Notes: generated by a model not told the origin, from the letters alone. A stretch of DNA of 64,000 bases from Chitinophagaceae bacterium (GCA_947469485.1 CANIPU010000004.1:27537-91536), one strand, 5' to 3'; positions 28,426-38,228 are shown, counted from the stretch's first letter. Made by a program: numbers and translations.

Positions 28426-30348
28426 ATGAATGCCGAAATAAAGTCAAGCGAATTACAAGAGCTTCTTAAGAGGTATTGGGGCTACGAGCAGTTCCGACCT
28501 TTTCAGGAAGAAGTAATTCTTTCGGTATTAAATCAGCAGGATACTCTCGCACTGATGCCAACCGGCGGGGGTAAATCAATATGTTTTCAGATTCCGGCAT
28601 TGTATTTAAACGGAATGTGTCTTGTTGTTTCTCCGCTTATTGCTTTAATGAAAGATCAGGTTGGTAATCTTCGGTCACGGAAAATTCCGGCGGTTGCTAT
28701 TCATTCAGGTATGAGTTATCGGGAAGTTGATTTGATCTTAGAAAAATGTGTAGAGGGTCATTATAAATTTCTATACATATCACCCGAAAGGTTAACTACA
28801 GATATATTCAGAACTCGCCTTCCGAAAATGAAAATTAATTTGTTGGCTGTTGATGAGGCACACTGTATTTCACAGTGGGGATATGATTTTCGCCCTCCGT
28901 ACCTACGAATAGCTGAAATACGGGATCAATTAAATGATATTCCGGTTTTGGCGTTAACTGCTTCAGCAACTAAAGTTGTTTGTACTGATATTATGCAAAA
29001 GTTGCAATTCAAACAGCAACATATTGTAAGGCGAAGTTTCGAACGAAAGAATTTATCTTATTCTGTTTTATATGAAGAAGATAAATTTGGTCGGTTGCTG
29101 AAAATGCTTGATAAGGTAAAAGGAACAGCAATAGTTTATGTAAGAAATCGTAGAAGAACAAAGGAGATCGCCTTGTTTCTTCAGCAAAACAATGTTAGTG
29201 CAACCGAGTATCATGCTGGTCTTTCATACGGTGATAGATCAAAAAAGCAGGAAGATTGGATTCAAAATAAATTGCGGGTTATTGTTTGTACCAATGCTTT
29301 CGGAATGGGGATTGATAAACCTGATGTTCGGTTAGTTGTACATTGGGATGCACCCGATAATCTGGAAAGTTATTTTCAGGAAGCAGGAAGAGCAGGTAGA
29401 GACGAAAAAAAATCTTTTGCTGTTATCATTTACAATAACTCAGATATATCAGAGTTAAATAAAAGAGAAGGTGACCAATTTCCTGATTTGGATGAGGTAA
29501 AATCAATTTATAATGCAGTTGGAAATTTTTGCAAAGTGGCTGATGGAGCCGGACAAGGTGAGAGTTATAATTTTGATTTAAATGTTTTTTTAAAGACCTA
29601 TCAATTTAATGCAATTCGAACATTGCATTCACTTAAACTTTTAGAGCAAGAAGGATATTTGTCTTTTTCAGAATCAGTTTACTTGCCTTCAAGACTTATG
29701 ATGACGGTTGATAAAGAATCGCTCTATAGATACGAAGTAATGCATCCGGAGCACGAAGCTCTATTAAAGGCTATTATGCGTACTTATGGTGGTGTTTTTG
29801 ATTATTTTACTCAAGTTCGAGAAGAAGAATTAGCAAAATCTTTAAGTACCACATATATTGAAATTATTAAACAGCTTAGAATATTCCAGCAAAATAATTT
29901 GTTGCAATATGAAGAGCGAAATGAAAACCCGCAACTTTTTTTTCTTCAGCAAAGATTAAGGGTTGATATGTTGCAATTCAATACCGAATTGCTTTCAAAA
30001 CGAAAAGAAAATTATCATAAGCGCATTCAGGCAATGTTACATTATTTAAAAGATCATGCTCATTGCAGAAATGAAACATTACTGAATTATTTTGATGAAG
30101 AAGAAACCAGTCGCTGCGGAATTTGTGATGTGTGCCTGCGCAGAAATAAACTGGAAGTAAGTGACATTGAATTTGAACACATAATTGAACAACTGAAAAG
30201 TTCGTTAACCAAAAATCAACTGGAATACAATCAACTTGTACAAACTGTTCATGGAGTTACTGAAGAAAAATTGTTGCATACTTTGCGCTGGCTCATCGAC
30301 CAGAATATGATTACAGAAAACGAAAGCCACCAATTGCAGTGGAAATGA
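28426..30348 (+). CDS. recQ: RecQ-family ATP-dependent DNA helicase
   Basis: 640 aa. Motifs FRPFQEEVI, PTGGGKS (Walker A), DEAHCISQWGYDFRP (DEAH box), TNAFGMGIDKPDVR and QEAGRAGRD. A C-terminal Cys cluster (CRNE...CGICDVC) matches the RecQ zinc-binding region. Confidence 0.88.
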   Translation: MNAEIKSSELQELLKRYWGYEQFRPFQEEVILSVLNQQDTLALMPTGGGKSICFQIPALYLNGMCLVVSPLIALMKDQVGNLRSRKIPAVAIHSGMSYREVDLILEKCVEGHYKFLYISPERLTTDIFRTRLPKMKINLLAVDEAHCISQWGYDFRPPYLRIAEIRDQLNDIPVLALTASATKVVCTDIMQKLQFKQQHIVRRSFERKNLSYSVLYEEDKFGRLLKMLDKVKGTAIVYVRNRRRTKEIALFLQQNNVSATEYHAGLSYGDRSKKQEDWIQNKLRVIVCTNAFGMGIDKPDVRLVVHWDAPDNLESYFQEAGRAGRDEKKSFAVIIYNNSDISELNKREGDQFPDLDEVKSIYNAVGNFCKVADGAGQGESYNFDLNVFLKTYQFNAIRTLHSLKLLEQEGYLSFSESVYLPSRLMMTVDKESLYRYEVMHPEHEALLKAIMRTYGGVFDYFTQVREEELAKSLSTTYIEIIKQLRIFQQNNLLQYEERNENPQLFFLQQRLRVDMLQFNTELLSKRKENYHKRIQAMLHYLKDHAHCRNETLLNYFDEEETSRCGICDVCLRRNKLEVSDIEFEHIIEQLKSSLTKNQLEYNQLVQTVHGVTEEKLLHTLRWLIDQNMITENESHQLQWK

Positions 30349-31448
30349 ATAAGAAAATAATTTTTACAGTTACTAATGATTTGACTTATGATCAGCGCAT
30401 GTCCCGCGTTTGTACTGAGTTGGAAATTGAAGGATTTGATGTGCTACTTATTGGCAGAGAAAAGAAAAACTCCAAACCCCTGTCATTAGGAGGGGAATAT
30501 CAGCAAAGGAGAATGAAACTCTTTTTTGAGACAGGGAAATTGTTTTATATCGAGTACAACCTGCGATTGTTTTTCTTTTTACTGTTTCATCCCTTTGCGA
30601 TTGTTTGCGGAATTGACCTCGATACAATTGTTCCCTGCATTCTTGTTTCAAAACTGAAGGGTAAACCTTGCGTGTTTGATGCTCATGAATTATTTGCAGA
30701 AACTCCTGAAGTTGAAAGGAGAAAATCTATTCAGAAATTCTGGCTAAGAGTGGAAAGTTTTTCAGTGAGAAGAATCACTAAGGGGATTTGTGTTTCAGAT
30801 GGATTGAAAGAATATTTTTTTCAGAAATATGAAAAAAAATTCACTGTAGTCAGAAATGTTCCGGATAAGGGATTTTCTGTTCCGCGACGCAATGAAGAAA
30901 ATGCAAATCACGCATCAATCATTTATCAAGGAGCATTGAACGAGGGTAGGGGATTAGAACAATTGGTTGAAGCAATGAAAATGGTTGAAGCAAAACTTAC
31001 ACTGATTGGAGAAGGAGATTTGTCAGCACAATTGAGAATGCTTGTGAAGAATTTGCATCTTGAAAATAAAATTGAGTTCTCCGGATTCATTGAGCCAAAT
31101 AAATTGCGACAGCTCACCAGAAATTTTTCAATCGGAATCAATCTCCTCGAAGCACGCAGCAAGAATTATTATCATTCGCTCGCCAATAAGTTTTTCGATT
31201 ACACTGAGGCCGGAATTCCCTCTCTGAATATGAATTTTCCTGAATACAAAAAATTGAATTCGGAATTTGAAGTGAGTGTGTTGCTCGATGATTTGAAAAT
31301 TGAAACAATCTCATCTGCCTTGAATCGTCTGCTCAAAGACAAAGAACTATATAATCGTCTTCATCAAAATTGTTTGCTCGCTAGACAAGAATGGGATTGG
31401 GATACTGAGAAGGAAAGATTGCTTGAAGTTTATGATGAGTTTAAATAA
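30345..31448 (+). CDS. glycosyltransferase (GT4/GT1-fold family)
   Basis: I chose the ATG at 30345, which forms an ATGA overlap with the recQ stop; the track ORF starts 6 nt earlier. The C-terminal half has the GT-B pattern (YQGALNEGRGLEQLVEAM, LIGEGD, E-x7-E-like region). Confidence 0.7.
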   Translation: MNKKIIFTVTNDLTYDQRMSRVCTELEIEGFDVLLIGREKKNSKPLSLGGEYQQRRMKLFFETGKLFYIEYNLRLFFFLLFHPFAIVCGIDLDTIVPCILVSKLKGKPCVFDAHELFAETPEVERRKSIQKFWLRVESFSVRRITKGICVSDGLKEYFFQKYEKKFTVVRNVPDKGFSVPRRNEENANHASIIYQGALNEGRGLEQLVEAMKMVEAKLTLIGEGDLSAQLRMLVKNLHLENKIEFSGFIEPNKLRQLTRNFSIGINLLEARSKNYYHSLANKFFDYTEAGIPSLNMNFPEYKKLNSEFEVSVLLDDLKIETISSALNRLLKDKELYNRLHQNCLLARQEWDWDTEKERLLEVYDEFK

Positions 31449-31555
31449 TTCTGTAAACCCCAGCATAATGTTTTCATCGGCAAACTTTAATTCGCGTTGA
31501 GAAACTTTAACATGAAACACAAAAAGCTTTTTTAACTTTAATCAGAATTAAATTA

Positions 31556-32683
31556 TTGAATCAGAAACTCCACATTATCTCCTTCAATGTTCCGTATCCA
31601 CCCGACTATGGTGGAGTGATTGATGTGTATTATAAAATCAAAGCACTTAAAGAAATAGGAATAAAAGTTCATTTGCATTGCTATGAATATGGGCGCCCTG
31701 CAGCTGAGCAATTGAATGTGTTATGTGAAAGTGTGAACTATTATCACCGTGAACATAGTTTTAGAGATTTTAGCAGCTTTAAACCTTATATAGTTAAAAC
31801 TCGCAGGGCAAAATCCTTATTAAAAAACCTTGAAGAAGTGAATGCACCAATTCTTTTTGAGGGATTGCATACCTGTTATCATTTGGATTCTCCATCGCTG
31901 GAACATAGAAACAAATTGGTTCGAATGCACAATATTGAAGCTGATTATTACAGAGGCCTTGGTCAATCAGAGCAGAATATGTTGAGGCGGTTTTATTTTT
32001 ATACAGAATCTGTTAAGCTTAAATTTTTCGAAAAGATTTTGCGTAAAGCGAATCACATTCTTCCCATTTCATCAATTGATTTTAAAACACTTTCTTCAAG
32101 ATATAAACAAGTAACTTTTCTTCCTGCATTTCACCCAAATGAAGTTTGTATCAATAAATCAGGAAGAGGAAATTTTTTATTGTACCACGGAAATCTTTCG
32201 GTGAGTGAAAATATTCAGGCATCTGCATGGTTAATAAGTAAAGTTTTCAGTAAGGTAAATTACCAATGCATTATTGCAGGAGCTAACCCATCTCCAACAA
32301 TAAAAAAATTAGTTGAACCACATTCTCATATACAATTAATTGAAAATCCAACTGAAGCAAAGCTTAACGAGCTGCTTGCAAATGCACAGGTTAATGTTTT
32401 GCCTACCTTCCAGCAAACCGGAACCAAATTGAAATTATTGAATGCTTTGTTCCGGGGCAGATATGTATTGGTGAATAAAGCAATGGTAGAAGAAAGTGGT
32501 TTGGAAGGCTTATGTATTGTAAAAGAAAAATCTGAAGAAATGGTTGAGACTATTCATCTTCTGATGGAAAATGATTTTACACAAGAAGAATCGGTAAGAA
32601 GGATTAGTATTCTTGAAGAAAATTTCAGCAACAAAAACAATGCAGTTAAGCTGGTACAGTTGCTTGATTCTCCTGCTGAATAA
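31556..32683 (+). CDS. glycosyltransferase family protein (GT-B fold)
   Basis: 375 aa with a TTG start; an in-frame stop lies just upstream. N-terminal HIISFNVPYPPDYGGVIDVYYKIKAL is typical of GT4-like enzymes. It lies next to another glycosyltransferase. Confidence 0.65.
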   Translation: MNQKLHIISFNVPYPPDYGGVIDVYYKIKALKEIGIKVHLHCYEYGRPAAEQLNVLCESVNYYHREHSFRDFSSFKPYIVKTRRAKSLLKNLEEVNAPILFEGLHTCYHLDSPSLEHRNKLVRMHNIEADYYRGLGQSEQNMLRRFYFYTESVKLKFFEKILRKANHILPISSIDFKTLSSRYKQVTFLPAFHPNEVCINKSGRGNFLLYHGNLSVSENIQASAWLISKVFSKVNYQCIIAGANPSPTIKKLVEPHSHIQLIENPTEAKLNELLANAQVNVLPTFQQTGTKLKLLNALFRGRYVLVNKAMVEESGLEGLCIVKEKSEEMVETIHLLMENDFTQEESVRRISILEENFSNKNNAVKLVQLLDSPAE

Positions 32684-33344
32684 TTCGCCCGCCTTCACAT
32701 AGCAAAGTTCTCGATGGAAATTTTCCAATCACCATTAAATCATGCGATGCTACAAGCACTGCAGTTCCGGCTTCGCGACATATTTTTTGCAATAGTTGAA
32801 TAATATCTTCAGATGTTCCAGAGTCTAAATTCCCTGTTGGTTCATCCGCTAAAATCAATTCCGGATGATTCAGTAGTGCTCGTGCAATAACCACCCTTTG
32901 TTGTTCACCACCGGAAAGTTCGTGAGGCATTTTAAAATCTTTTGTACTCAGGCCAACCATACCCAAAACTTCTGTTACACGCTCATGCATTTTTGTTTTA
33001 TCAGTCCAACCGGTTGCACGCAGTACAAATAATAAATTTTCATTAACACTTCTGTCTGTCAGTAATTGAAAATCCTGAAAAACAATTCCGAGCTTCCGGC
33101 GAAGGAATGGAATTTCTTTTGCCTCTAATTTTTGTAAATCGTATCCGCATACCACTCCGGTACCACCGGCAATATCTAAATCACCATACAGAACTTTCAA
33201 TAAAGAGCTTTTTCCGCTTCCTGTTTTTCCAACCAGATATACAAATTCGTGGGCATTAATTGTAAGGTTAACATCACTTAATACTAGCGCTTCATCCTGG
33301 TATATAACAGCATTATTTAACTCAATAATCGGTATGCTCATCAA
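32646..33344 (-). CDS. ftsE: cell-division ABC ATPase FtsE-like
   Basis: 232 aa. Walker A GKTGSGKSS, Q-loop, signature LSGGEQQRV, Walker B ILADEPTGNLD and the H-loop. The 3' end overlaps the convergent glycosyltransferase gene by 38 bp. Confidence 0.82.
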   Translation of the reverse strand: MMSIPIIELNNAVIYQDEALVLSDVNLTINAHEFVYLVGKTGSGKSSLLKVLYGDLDIAGGTGVVCGYDLQKLEAKEIPFLRRKLGIVFQDFQLLTDRSVNENLLFVLRATGWTDKTKMHERVTEVLGMVGLSTKDFKMPHELSGGEQQRVVIARALLNHPELILADEPTGNLDSGTSEDIIQLLQKICREAGTAVLVASHDLMVIGKFPSRTLLCEGGRIIQQENQATVPA

Positions 33345-33544
33345 AGTTCAAGTTTTAAAATTTTACCGTAAGTCAATTCGTCAATAACCTTTTTTATTTT
33401 TTCTTCGTTTTCGCCCAATCCACATTTTTGCAAGGCATTTTCAGGTCGGTCAGCACGGAAATATGCAAGCAAAGTGAATTTATCATCGCGAATTTGAACA
33501 TAGTCAGGAATTTTTACTTTGCCTTTTATTTTAATGATGTACAT
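33341..33544 (-). CDS. small hypothetical protein (67 aa), translationally coupled to ftsE
   Basis: ATG-started ORF whose stop overlaps the ftsE start by 4 bp. No recognised motif. Confidence 0.45.
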   Translation of the reverse strand: MYIIKIKGKVKIPDYVQIRDDKFTLLAYFRADRPENALQKCGLGENEEKIKKVIDELTYGKILKLEL

Positions 33545-33675
33545 AGTTCAATTTCAGCTTTACAAAATTAATGGTGAGACATGTAAGATTTGGTTTTGTT
33601 GAAATCATATTGTTAACAGAACAATGATGGTTGTCAAATGTTTTTACCTTTCTCACCACTAAAATATTTCCAACA

Positions 33676-35040
33676 ATGCAGAATGAAGTACTGGATGATA
33701 TTTATGATAAAAAATATTTACGGCAAGGCGATAAAAAATTAATTCGCAGCTGGGCCATGTATGATTGGTCGAACTCGGTTTACTCGCTCGTTATCACATC
33801 AGCAGTGTTTCCGATTTATTATGATAGTGTTACTCCAATGGAGGTTCATGCATTCGGAAGAGTATACATGCGCTCGGCATTATATTCTTATTCATTGTCG
33901 TTTGCGTTCTTGGTCATTGCATTTATTTCTCCCATACTTTCGTCCATTGCCGATTACAAGCGTAACAAATTATATTTCATGCAATGGTTTTGTTACATCG
34001 GCGCCATCAGTTGCGGTGCACTTTATTTTTATGATGGAAGTAATATTTATTTAGGAATTATTCCATTCTCACTGGCAGCCATTGGTTTTTGCGGAAGCCT
34101 TGTTTTTTACAATGCGTTTCTTCCTGAAATAGCTGAAGTGCATGAACAGGATAAAGTAAGCGCACTGGGTTTTTCACTCGGTTACATCGGAAGTGTTTTG
34201 TTGTTGATTGTAAATCTGCTGATGATAATGAACCCCGCACTATTTGGTTTGGAAAAAGGTGCTTTGCCTGCACAATTATCATTTCTCACCGTAGGAATCT
34301 GGTGGGCGCTGTTCGCGCAAATAACTTTTTCAGCATTACGGAATTTTCAAAAGGGCTACAATACACATTTAATCAAGAAAGAAAAAACATACAATTCAAT
34401 CTGGGGTGGATACAATGAATTGAAAAAAGTATGGCATCAATTGCAGCAGCTAAAACGGTTGAGGTATTTTCTATTCGCTTTTTTCTTTTACAGCATGGCC
34501 TTGCAAACAGTCATGTACATCGCTACACTTTTCGGGACCGATGAATTGCATTTGGAAACCACACAATTAATTCTCACTGTTCTTATAATACAGTTAGTTG
34601 CCATTGCCGGAGCCTATTTATTTTCAGGATTATCAAAACGGTATGGAAATATTCAAGCATTGCGAATTGCAATTATAATTTGGGTAGGAATTTGTTTGCT
34701 CTCATTTGTTGCGTTCAAGTATTTAGCGACTGATGAAACAACAAAATCAAATTTCTTTTATCTCGTTGCATTTTGCGTAGGAATGGTTATGGGCGGAACG
34801 CAATCACTTTCGCGATCGACCTATTCCAAGTTGCTTCCTGAAACTGAAGACCATGCATCATTTTTCAGTTTTTATGATGTGTCTGAGAAACTGGCAATTG
34901 TAATTGGCACCATCACTTATGGGCTCATTTACGAAATCACCGGAAGCATGCTTAATTCATTGCTGGCATTCTCTGTATTTTTCCTGATAGGTCTGTTCGG
35001 ATTGTTGCGCGTGAAAAAAGAATTGAAAACTCATTCATAA
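33676..35040 (+). CDS. MFS transporter, UMF1/Atg22-like family
   Basis: I chose the ATG at 33676 (MQNEVLDD...); the track starts at a TTG at 33631. About 12 predicted TM segments. The N-terminal signature WAMYDWSNSVYSLVITSAVFPIYY is typical of the UMF1 (Atg22-like) MFS branch. Confidence 0.8.
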   Translation: MQNEVLDDIYDKKYLRQGDKKLIRSWAMYDWSNSVYSLVITSAVFPIYYDSVTPMEVHAFGRVYMRSALYSYSLSFAFLVIAFISPILSSIADYKRNKLYFMQWFCYIGAISCGALYFYDGSNIYLGIIPFSLAAIGFCGSLVFYNAFLPEIAEVHEQDKVSALGFSLGYIGSVLLLIVNLLMIMNPALFGLEKGALPAQLSFLTVGIWWALFAQITFSALRNFQKGYNTHLIKKEKTYNSIWGGYNELKKVWHQLQQLKRLRYFLFAFFFYSMALQTVMYIATLFGTDELHLETTQLILTVLIIQLVAIAGAYLFSGLSKRYGNIQALRIAIIIWVGICLLSFVAFKYLATDETTKSNFFYLVAFCVGMVMGGTQSLSRSTYSKLLPETEDHASFFSFYDVSEKLAIVIGTITYGLIYEITGSMLNSLLAFSVFFLIGLFGLLRVKKELKTHS

Positions 35041-35074
35041 CAATTACTTATCGCTGTTAATTTAGCGCGCGCTT

Positions 35075-35800
35075 ATGGCAACCAAAGTAAATTTATTTAT
35101 TCCGTGTTTTGTTGATCAGTTGTTTCCGCAAACTGCATTCAACATGGTAAAAGTGCTTGAGAAACTGAATTGCGAAGTTTCTTATAACCCTAACCAAACC
35201 TGTTGCGGACAACCTGCGTTTAATGCTGGTTTCTGGAGCGAAGCTCGGGCAGTGGGAGAGAAGTTTATTCACGATTTTACCGATTACAATTATGTGGTTG
35301 GGCCCAGCGGAAGTTGTGTTGGATTCGTTCGTAATTTTTATTCTGAGTTATTTGATAATAGTGCTCTTCATAACGATTGCAAACAATTACAGAAAAACAC
35401 TTTTGAGTTCACGGAATTTTTAGTTGATATATTGAAAGTAAAAAACATCGGAGCTGAATTCAATCATGCAATAACTTATCACGATGCATGCGGTGCTTTG
35501 CGCGAATGTAAAATCAAAACTCCACCACGCACATTATTAGAGAATGTAAAAGGTTTGGAGATTCGTGAAATGAAAGATTGCGAAACCTGTTGCGGATTTG
35601 GTGGAACTTTCGCTGTAAAATATGCCGACATCAGCGCTGCAATGGCTGACCAGAAAGTTGAAAATGCCTTAGCTACCGGTGCAGAATATATAGTAAGCAC
35701 CGATATTTCTTGCCTCATGCACATTGACGGCTACATCAAAAAAAATAATTACAATCTGAAGGTGATGCACATTGCTGATGTGTTGGCACAAGGGTGGTAA
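35075..35800 (+). CDS. (Fe-S)-binding protein with two CCG domains, LutA/YkgE-like
   Basis: 241 aa. VNLFIPCFVDQLFP, CCGQP, HDACG, ETCCGFGGTF and STDISCLMH give the duplicated CCG-domain pattern of LutA. No lutB or lutC neighbour is present. Confidence 0.8.
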   Translation: MATKVNLFIPCFVDQLFPQTAFNMVKVLEKLNCEVSYNPNQTCCGQPAFNAGFWSEARAVGEKFIHDFTDYNYVVGPSGSCVGFVRNFYSELFDNSALHNDCKQLQKNTFEFTEFLVDILKVKNIGAEFNHAITYHDACGALRECKIKTPPRTLLENVKGLEIREMKDCETCCGFGGTFAVKYADISAAMADQKVENALATGAEYIVSTDISCLMHIDGYIKKNNYNLKVMHIADVLAQGW

Positions 35801-35907
35801 TCTTTTAGTATTTGATTAATAATTTACGAAGTCTTGATTTTTAGTTATGAGTAAAATCATTGAATGAAAATGTGTAATTAAGTTATTTTTCCTTCGAAAT
35901 AGTTCCA

Positions 35908-36891
35908 TTGAAAAATCCACTCAGAAATTTATATCGCCCGTTTCTTGGAATGATGATTGTCATTTTAATCGGCTCATTCGGATTTAGAATTATTGAAAGT
36001 TATAGTTGGCTCGAAGCTGTTTACATGACCATAATTACTGTAAGCACAATTGGTTTCATGGAAGTAAAACCTTTAAGTGATGCAGGCAGAATTTTTACAA
36101 TTTTTTTAATTGCAGCTAACTTTACAGTTATTGCTTACTTGGTATCAGTAGTGTCGGGATATTTATTCGATGGTGAATTCAGAAAAGATTATCAACTCTA
36201 TAAAATGAAAAAGCAGATAGAAGAATTAAAAAATCATGTAATCATTTGTGGCTTTGGCCGAAATGGAAGAGCTGCTGCACAAATGCTTTTGCGTAATCAT
36301 GTTCAGTTTGTAGTAATTGAAAAGGATGTTAAGCAATTTGAAGAAGCAGGAATGGAAATCCCCTTTCAACTATTTGCTGATGCAACTCGTGAGGAAGTAT
36401 TGTTAGAAGCCGGAGTAAAGAATGCTAAAGCGTTAATTACAACATTACCTGAAGATGCATCAAATGTGTTTGTGGTACTCTCAGCCAAGGAATTAAATAA
36501 AAGCCTCTTAATCATTAGCAGAGCTACTAATGATACTTCAGTTAGAAAATTAAAGCACGCCGGAGCAAGTAATGTTATTATGCCGGACAAACTTGGTGGA
36601 GTGCATATGGCAAACCTGGTTTTAAATCCTGATGTAAAAGAATTTTTAGATTGGATGCAGATGGAAGAGAAAGGGCATTTTGTGATTAAAGAAATACGAT
36701 GCGATAAAAATTTTATGTTAAGTGAATTAAAACTTTGGGAAAAAACAGGAGCATCAATTCTTGGAATTAAAAATTCTAATCATCATTTTATATTAAATCC
36801 AGGGCCAAATCATCTTCTTGAGGCCGGACAAATGATAATTATAATGGGTGAAGAAATTCAAATTGAAAAAGCTAAAGAACTAATCGGTTAA
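35908..36891 (+). CDS. MthK-like 2-TM ion channel with RCK (TrkA-N/TrkA-C) domains and a non-canonical selectivity filter
   Basis: 327 aa with a TTG start. It has TM1, the pore helix SWLEAVYMTIITVSTIGFMEVKP, and TM2. A Rossmann VIICGFGRNGRAAA (GxGxxG) RCK domain and a TrkA-C-like C-terminus follow. The filter reads TIGFME (36046-36063) instead of T(V/I)GYGD. Confidence 0.8.
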   Translation: MKNPLRNLYRPFLGMMIVILIGSFGFRIIESYSWLEAVYMTIITVSTIGFMEVKPLSDAGRIFTIFLIAANFTVIAYLVSVVSGYLFDGEFRKDYQLYKMKKQIEELKNHVIICGFGRNGRAAAQMLLRNHVQFVVIEKDVKQFEEAGMEIPFQLFADATREEVLLEAGVKNAKALITTLPEDASNVFVVLSAKELNKSLLIISRATNDTSVRKLKHAGASNVIMPDKLGGVHMANLVLNPDVKEFLDWMQMEEKGHFVIKEIRCDKNFMLSELKLWEKTGASILGIKNSNHHFILNPGPNHLLEAGQMIIIMGEEIQIEKAKELIG

Positions 36892-36899
36892 ATAATTAA

Positions 36900-37565
36900 T
36901 TACCACTCTTTGCCTAAAGTAATTCCGGCAATATGTTGCCTTCCTGAAGCGTATACATTGAATTCAGAATCGAGCAGATAATAAGTTTTTAAACTTAGGT
37001 TGTGTTTTAAATCCCAGTTTATACCAGCCTGAAATCGGAAATTATCAAATTCATTTCCCTTATAATAAAGATGATAAAAAAGTTCGCCTGAAATGAAAGG
37101 GGATATCTTTTTGCTGAGTTTATACTTGATTGATAATTTAGGTCGTAAATAATTGTCGGGTATTTTATTCAATCCGAATTGTCTTTGTATTCTTAAACGC
37201 AATTCGGCAGATATTTTTTTATTGAATTTATGCTGACCTGAAAGATCTAAATAAACCCTGTGTTGTACAGCATCAGGTTTTATATCATATCGGTAAAAGG
37301 CAGATGCAGTTAAATTTTTAGCAACACTATAATCTAATCCGGCTTCTAAAAGCAGTGAACCAAATTGAGGTGGTGATAAAACCGAACGCCATTGCGGGCA
37401 AAAATTTAAATCAATTTTTTTTGAAAATTTATATTTTAAATCTAAACCAAGCCATACACCACTACCGGTATTTTCCTGAGCGAATGTTTTAGCGGGAATA
37501 AAAAAAAACAGGCAAAAAATTAGAAGTAAAATGCAACGACAATTGAAATTTATCATTGACAACAA
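36900..37565 (-). CDS. DUF2490-like beta-rich envelope protein (probable outer-membrane protein)
   Basis: 221 aa. Signal peptide ...LLIFCLFFFIPAKTFAQE. Alternating amphipathic beta-strand pattern (DLKYKFSKKIDL, SAFYRYDI, YLDLSGQHKF, LRLRIQRQF, LSIKYKL, FRFQAGINWDL, LKTYYLL). C-terminal ...GITLGKEW ends in an aromatic residue. It is the last gene of the VTC operon. Confidence 0.6.
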   Translation of the reverse strand: MLSMINFNCRCILLLIFCLFFFIPAKTFAQENTGSGVWLGLDLKYKFSKKIDLNFCPQWRSVLSPPQFGSLLLEAGLDYSVAKNLTASAFYRYDIKPDAVQHRVYLDLSGQHKFNKKISAELRLRIQRQFGLNKIPDNYLRPKLSIKYKLSKKISPFISGELFYHLYYKGNEFDNFRFQAGINWDLKHNLSLKTYYLLDSEFNVYASGRQHIAGITLGKEW

Positions 37566-37583
37566 TTCCTTTTGCTGAAAAAC

Positions 37584-38228
37584 TTAACGATCTTTAGGAT
37601 CCACATGATAATATACTGTTAAGCGAGTTGTGTCATTTTGAAAATCAATGTTTTTTATTTCAGCACGATGAATGTTTAAACCTGTGCGTTCTCTAAGGTC
37701 TTTTAAAAGTGTTTCGTAGTTTTCCGGTTTTATGTTTTCAATCTTCTCGTAAAGAATCACTTTATAATTCTCAGCACGCATTAGCCACAAATGTTCCATT
37801 GAAAATATCAATGTGACAATTACTGTATTGACCAGAAGTATTTCAGCAATAGAAACTTTTTTTGTACTCATTGAATTAACTAATGCTACCGCAATTATGA
37901 GGAACAGGTAAACCATTTCTTTAATTGGAATATCTTCTGTTCGATAACGGAGAATAGAGAAAACAGCAAAAAGTCCAAACGAAACCCCAAATTCCATTTT
38001 TACATTATTCATTACATAAAGCACCATAAAAATGATACTGTTAAAAATGAAGTATGTAAACAGGTAATCTTTGTTTCGATATAGAGGATAATATATTAAG
38101 CGAACAATTATAAATGTGACAAGAAAATTAAAACCATACCTGATAGCTAGATCAAAAAAATCAGCGGCATCAAATATTTTATAGTCTTTTAAGTCGAAAA
38201 CGGCGTTAAGCAACCAATGCATGTTCAA
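37584..38228 (-). CDS. DUF4956-like polytopic inner-membrane protein
   Basis: 214 aa with about five hydrophobic helices followed by a ~70-aa soluble tail (KVILYEKIENIKPENYETLLKDLRERTG...). The start overlaps the VTC gene by 23 bp. VTC/DUF4956 pairing is a known recurrent bacterial neighbourhood. Confidence 0.6.
   Translation of the reverse strand: MNMHWLLNAVFDLKDYKIFDAADFFDLAIRYGFNFLVTFIIVRLIYYPLYRNKDYLFTYFIFNSIIFMVLYVMNNVKMEFGVSFGLFAVFSILRYRTEDIPIKEMVYLFLIIAVALVNSMSTKKVSIAEILLVNTVIVTLIFSMEHLWLMRAENYKVILYEKIENIKPENYETLLKDLRERTGLNIHRAEIKNIDFQNDTTRLTVYYHVDPKDR

Noticed and set aside
32646-32683. 38-bp convergent overlap between the glycosyltransferase gene and ftsE
   Set aside because: Both reading frames are well supported up to their stops. 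This is a compact-genome convergent overlap without additional structure, and I see no evidence of an antisense regulatory function.
35061-35074. GC palindrome AGCGCGCGCT immediately before the lutA-like start codon
   Set aside because: It is a single 10-bp self-complementary string with no partner site or flanking structure. That is insufficient to call a regulatory element.
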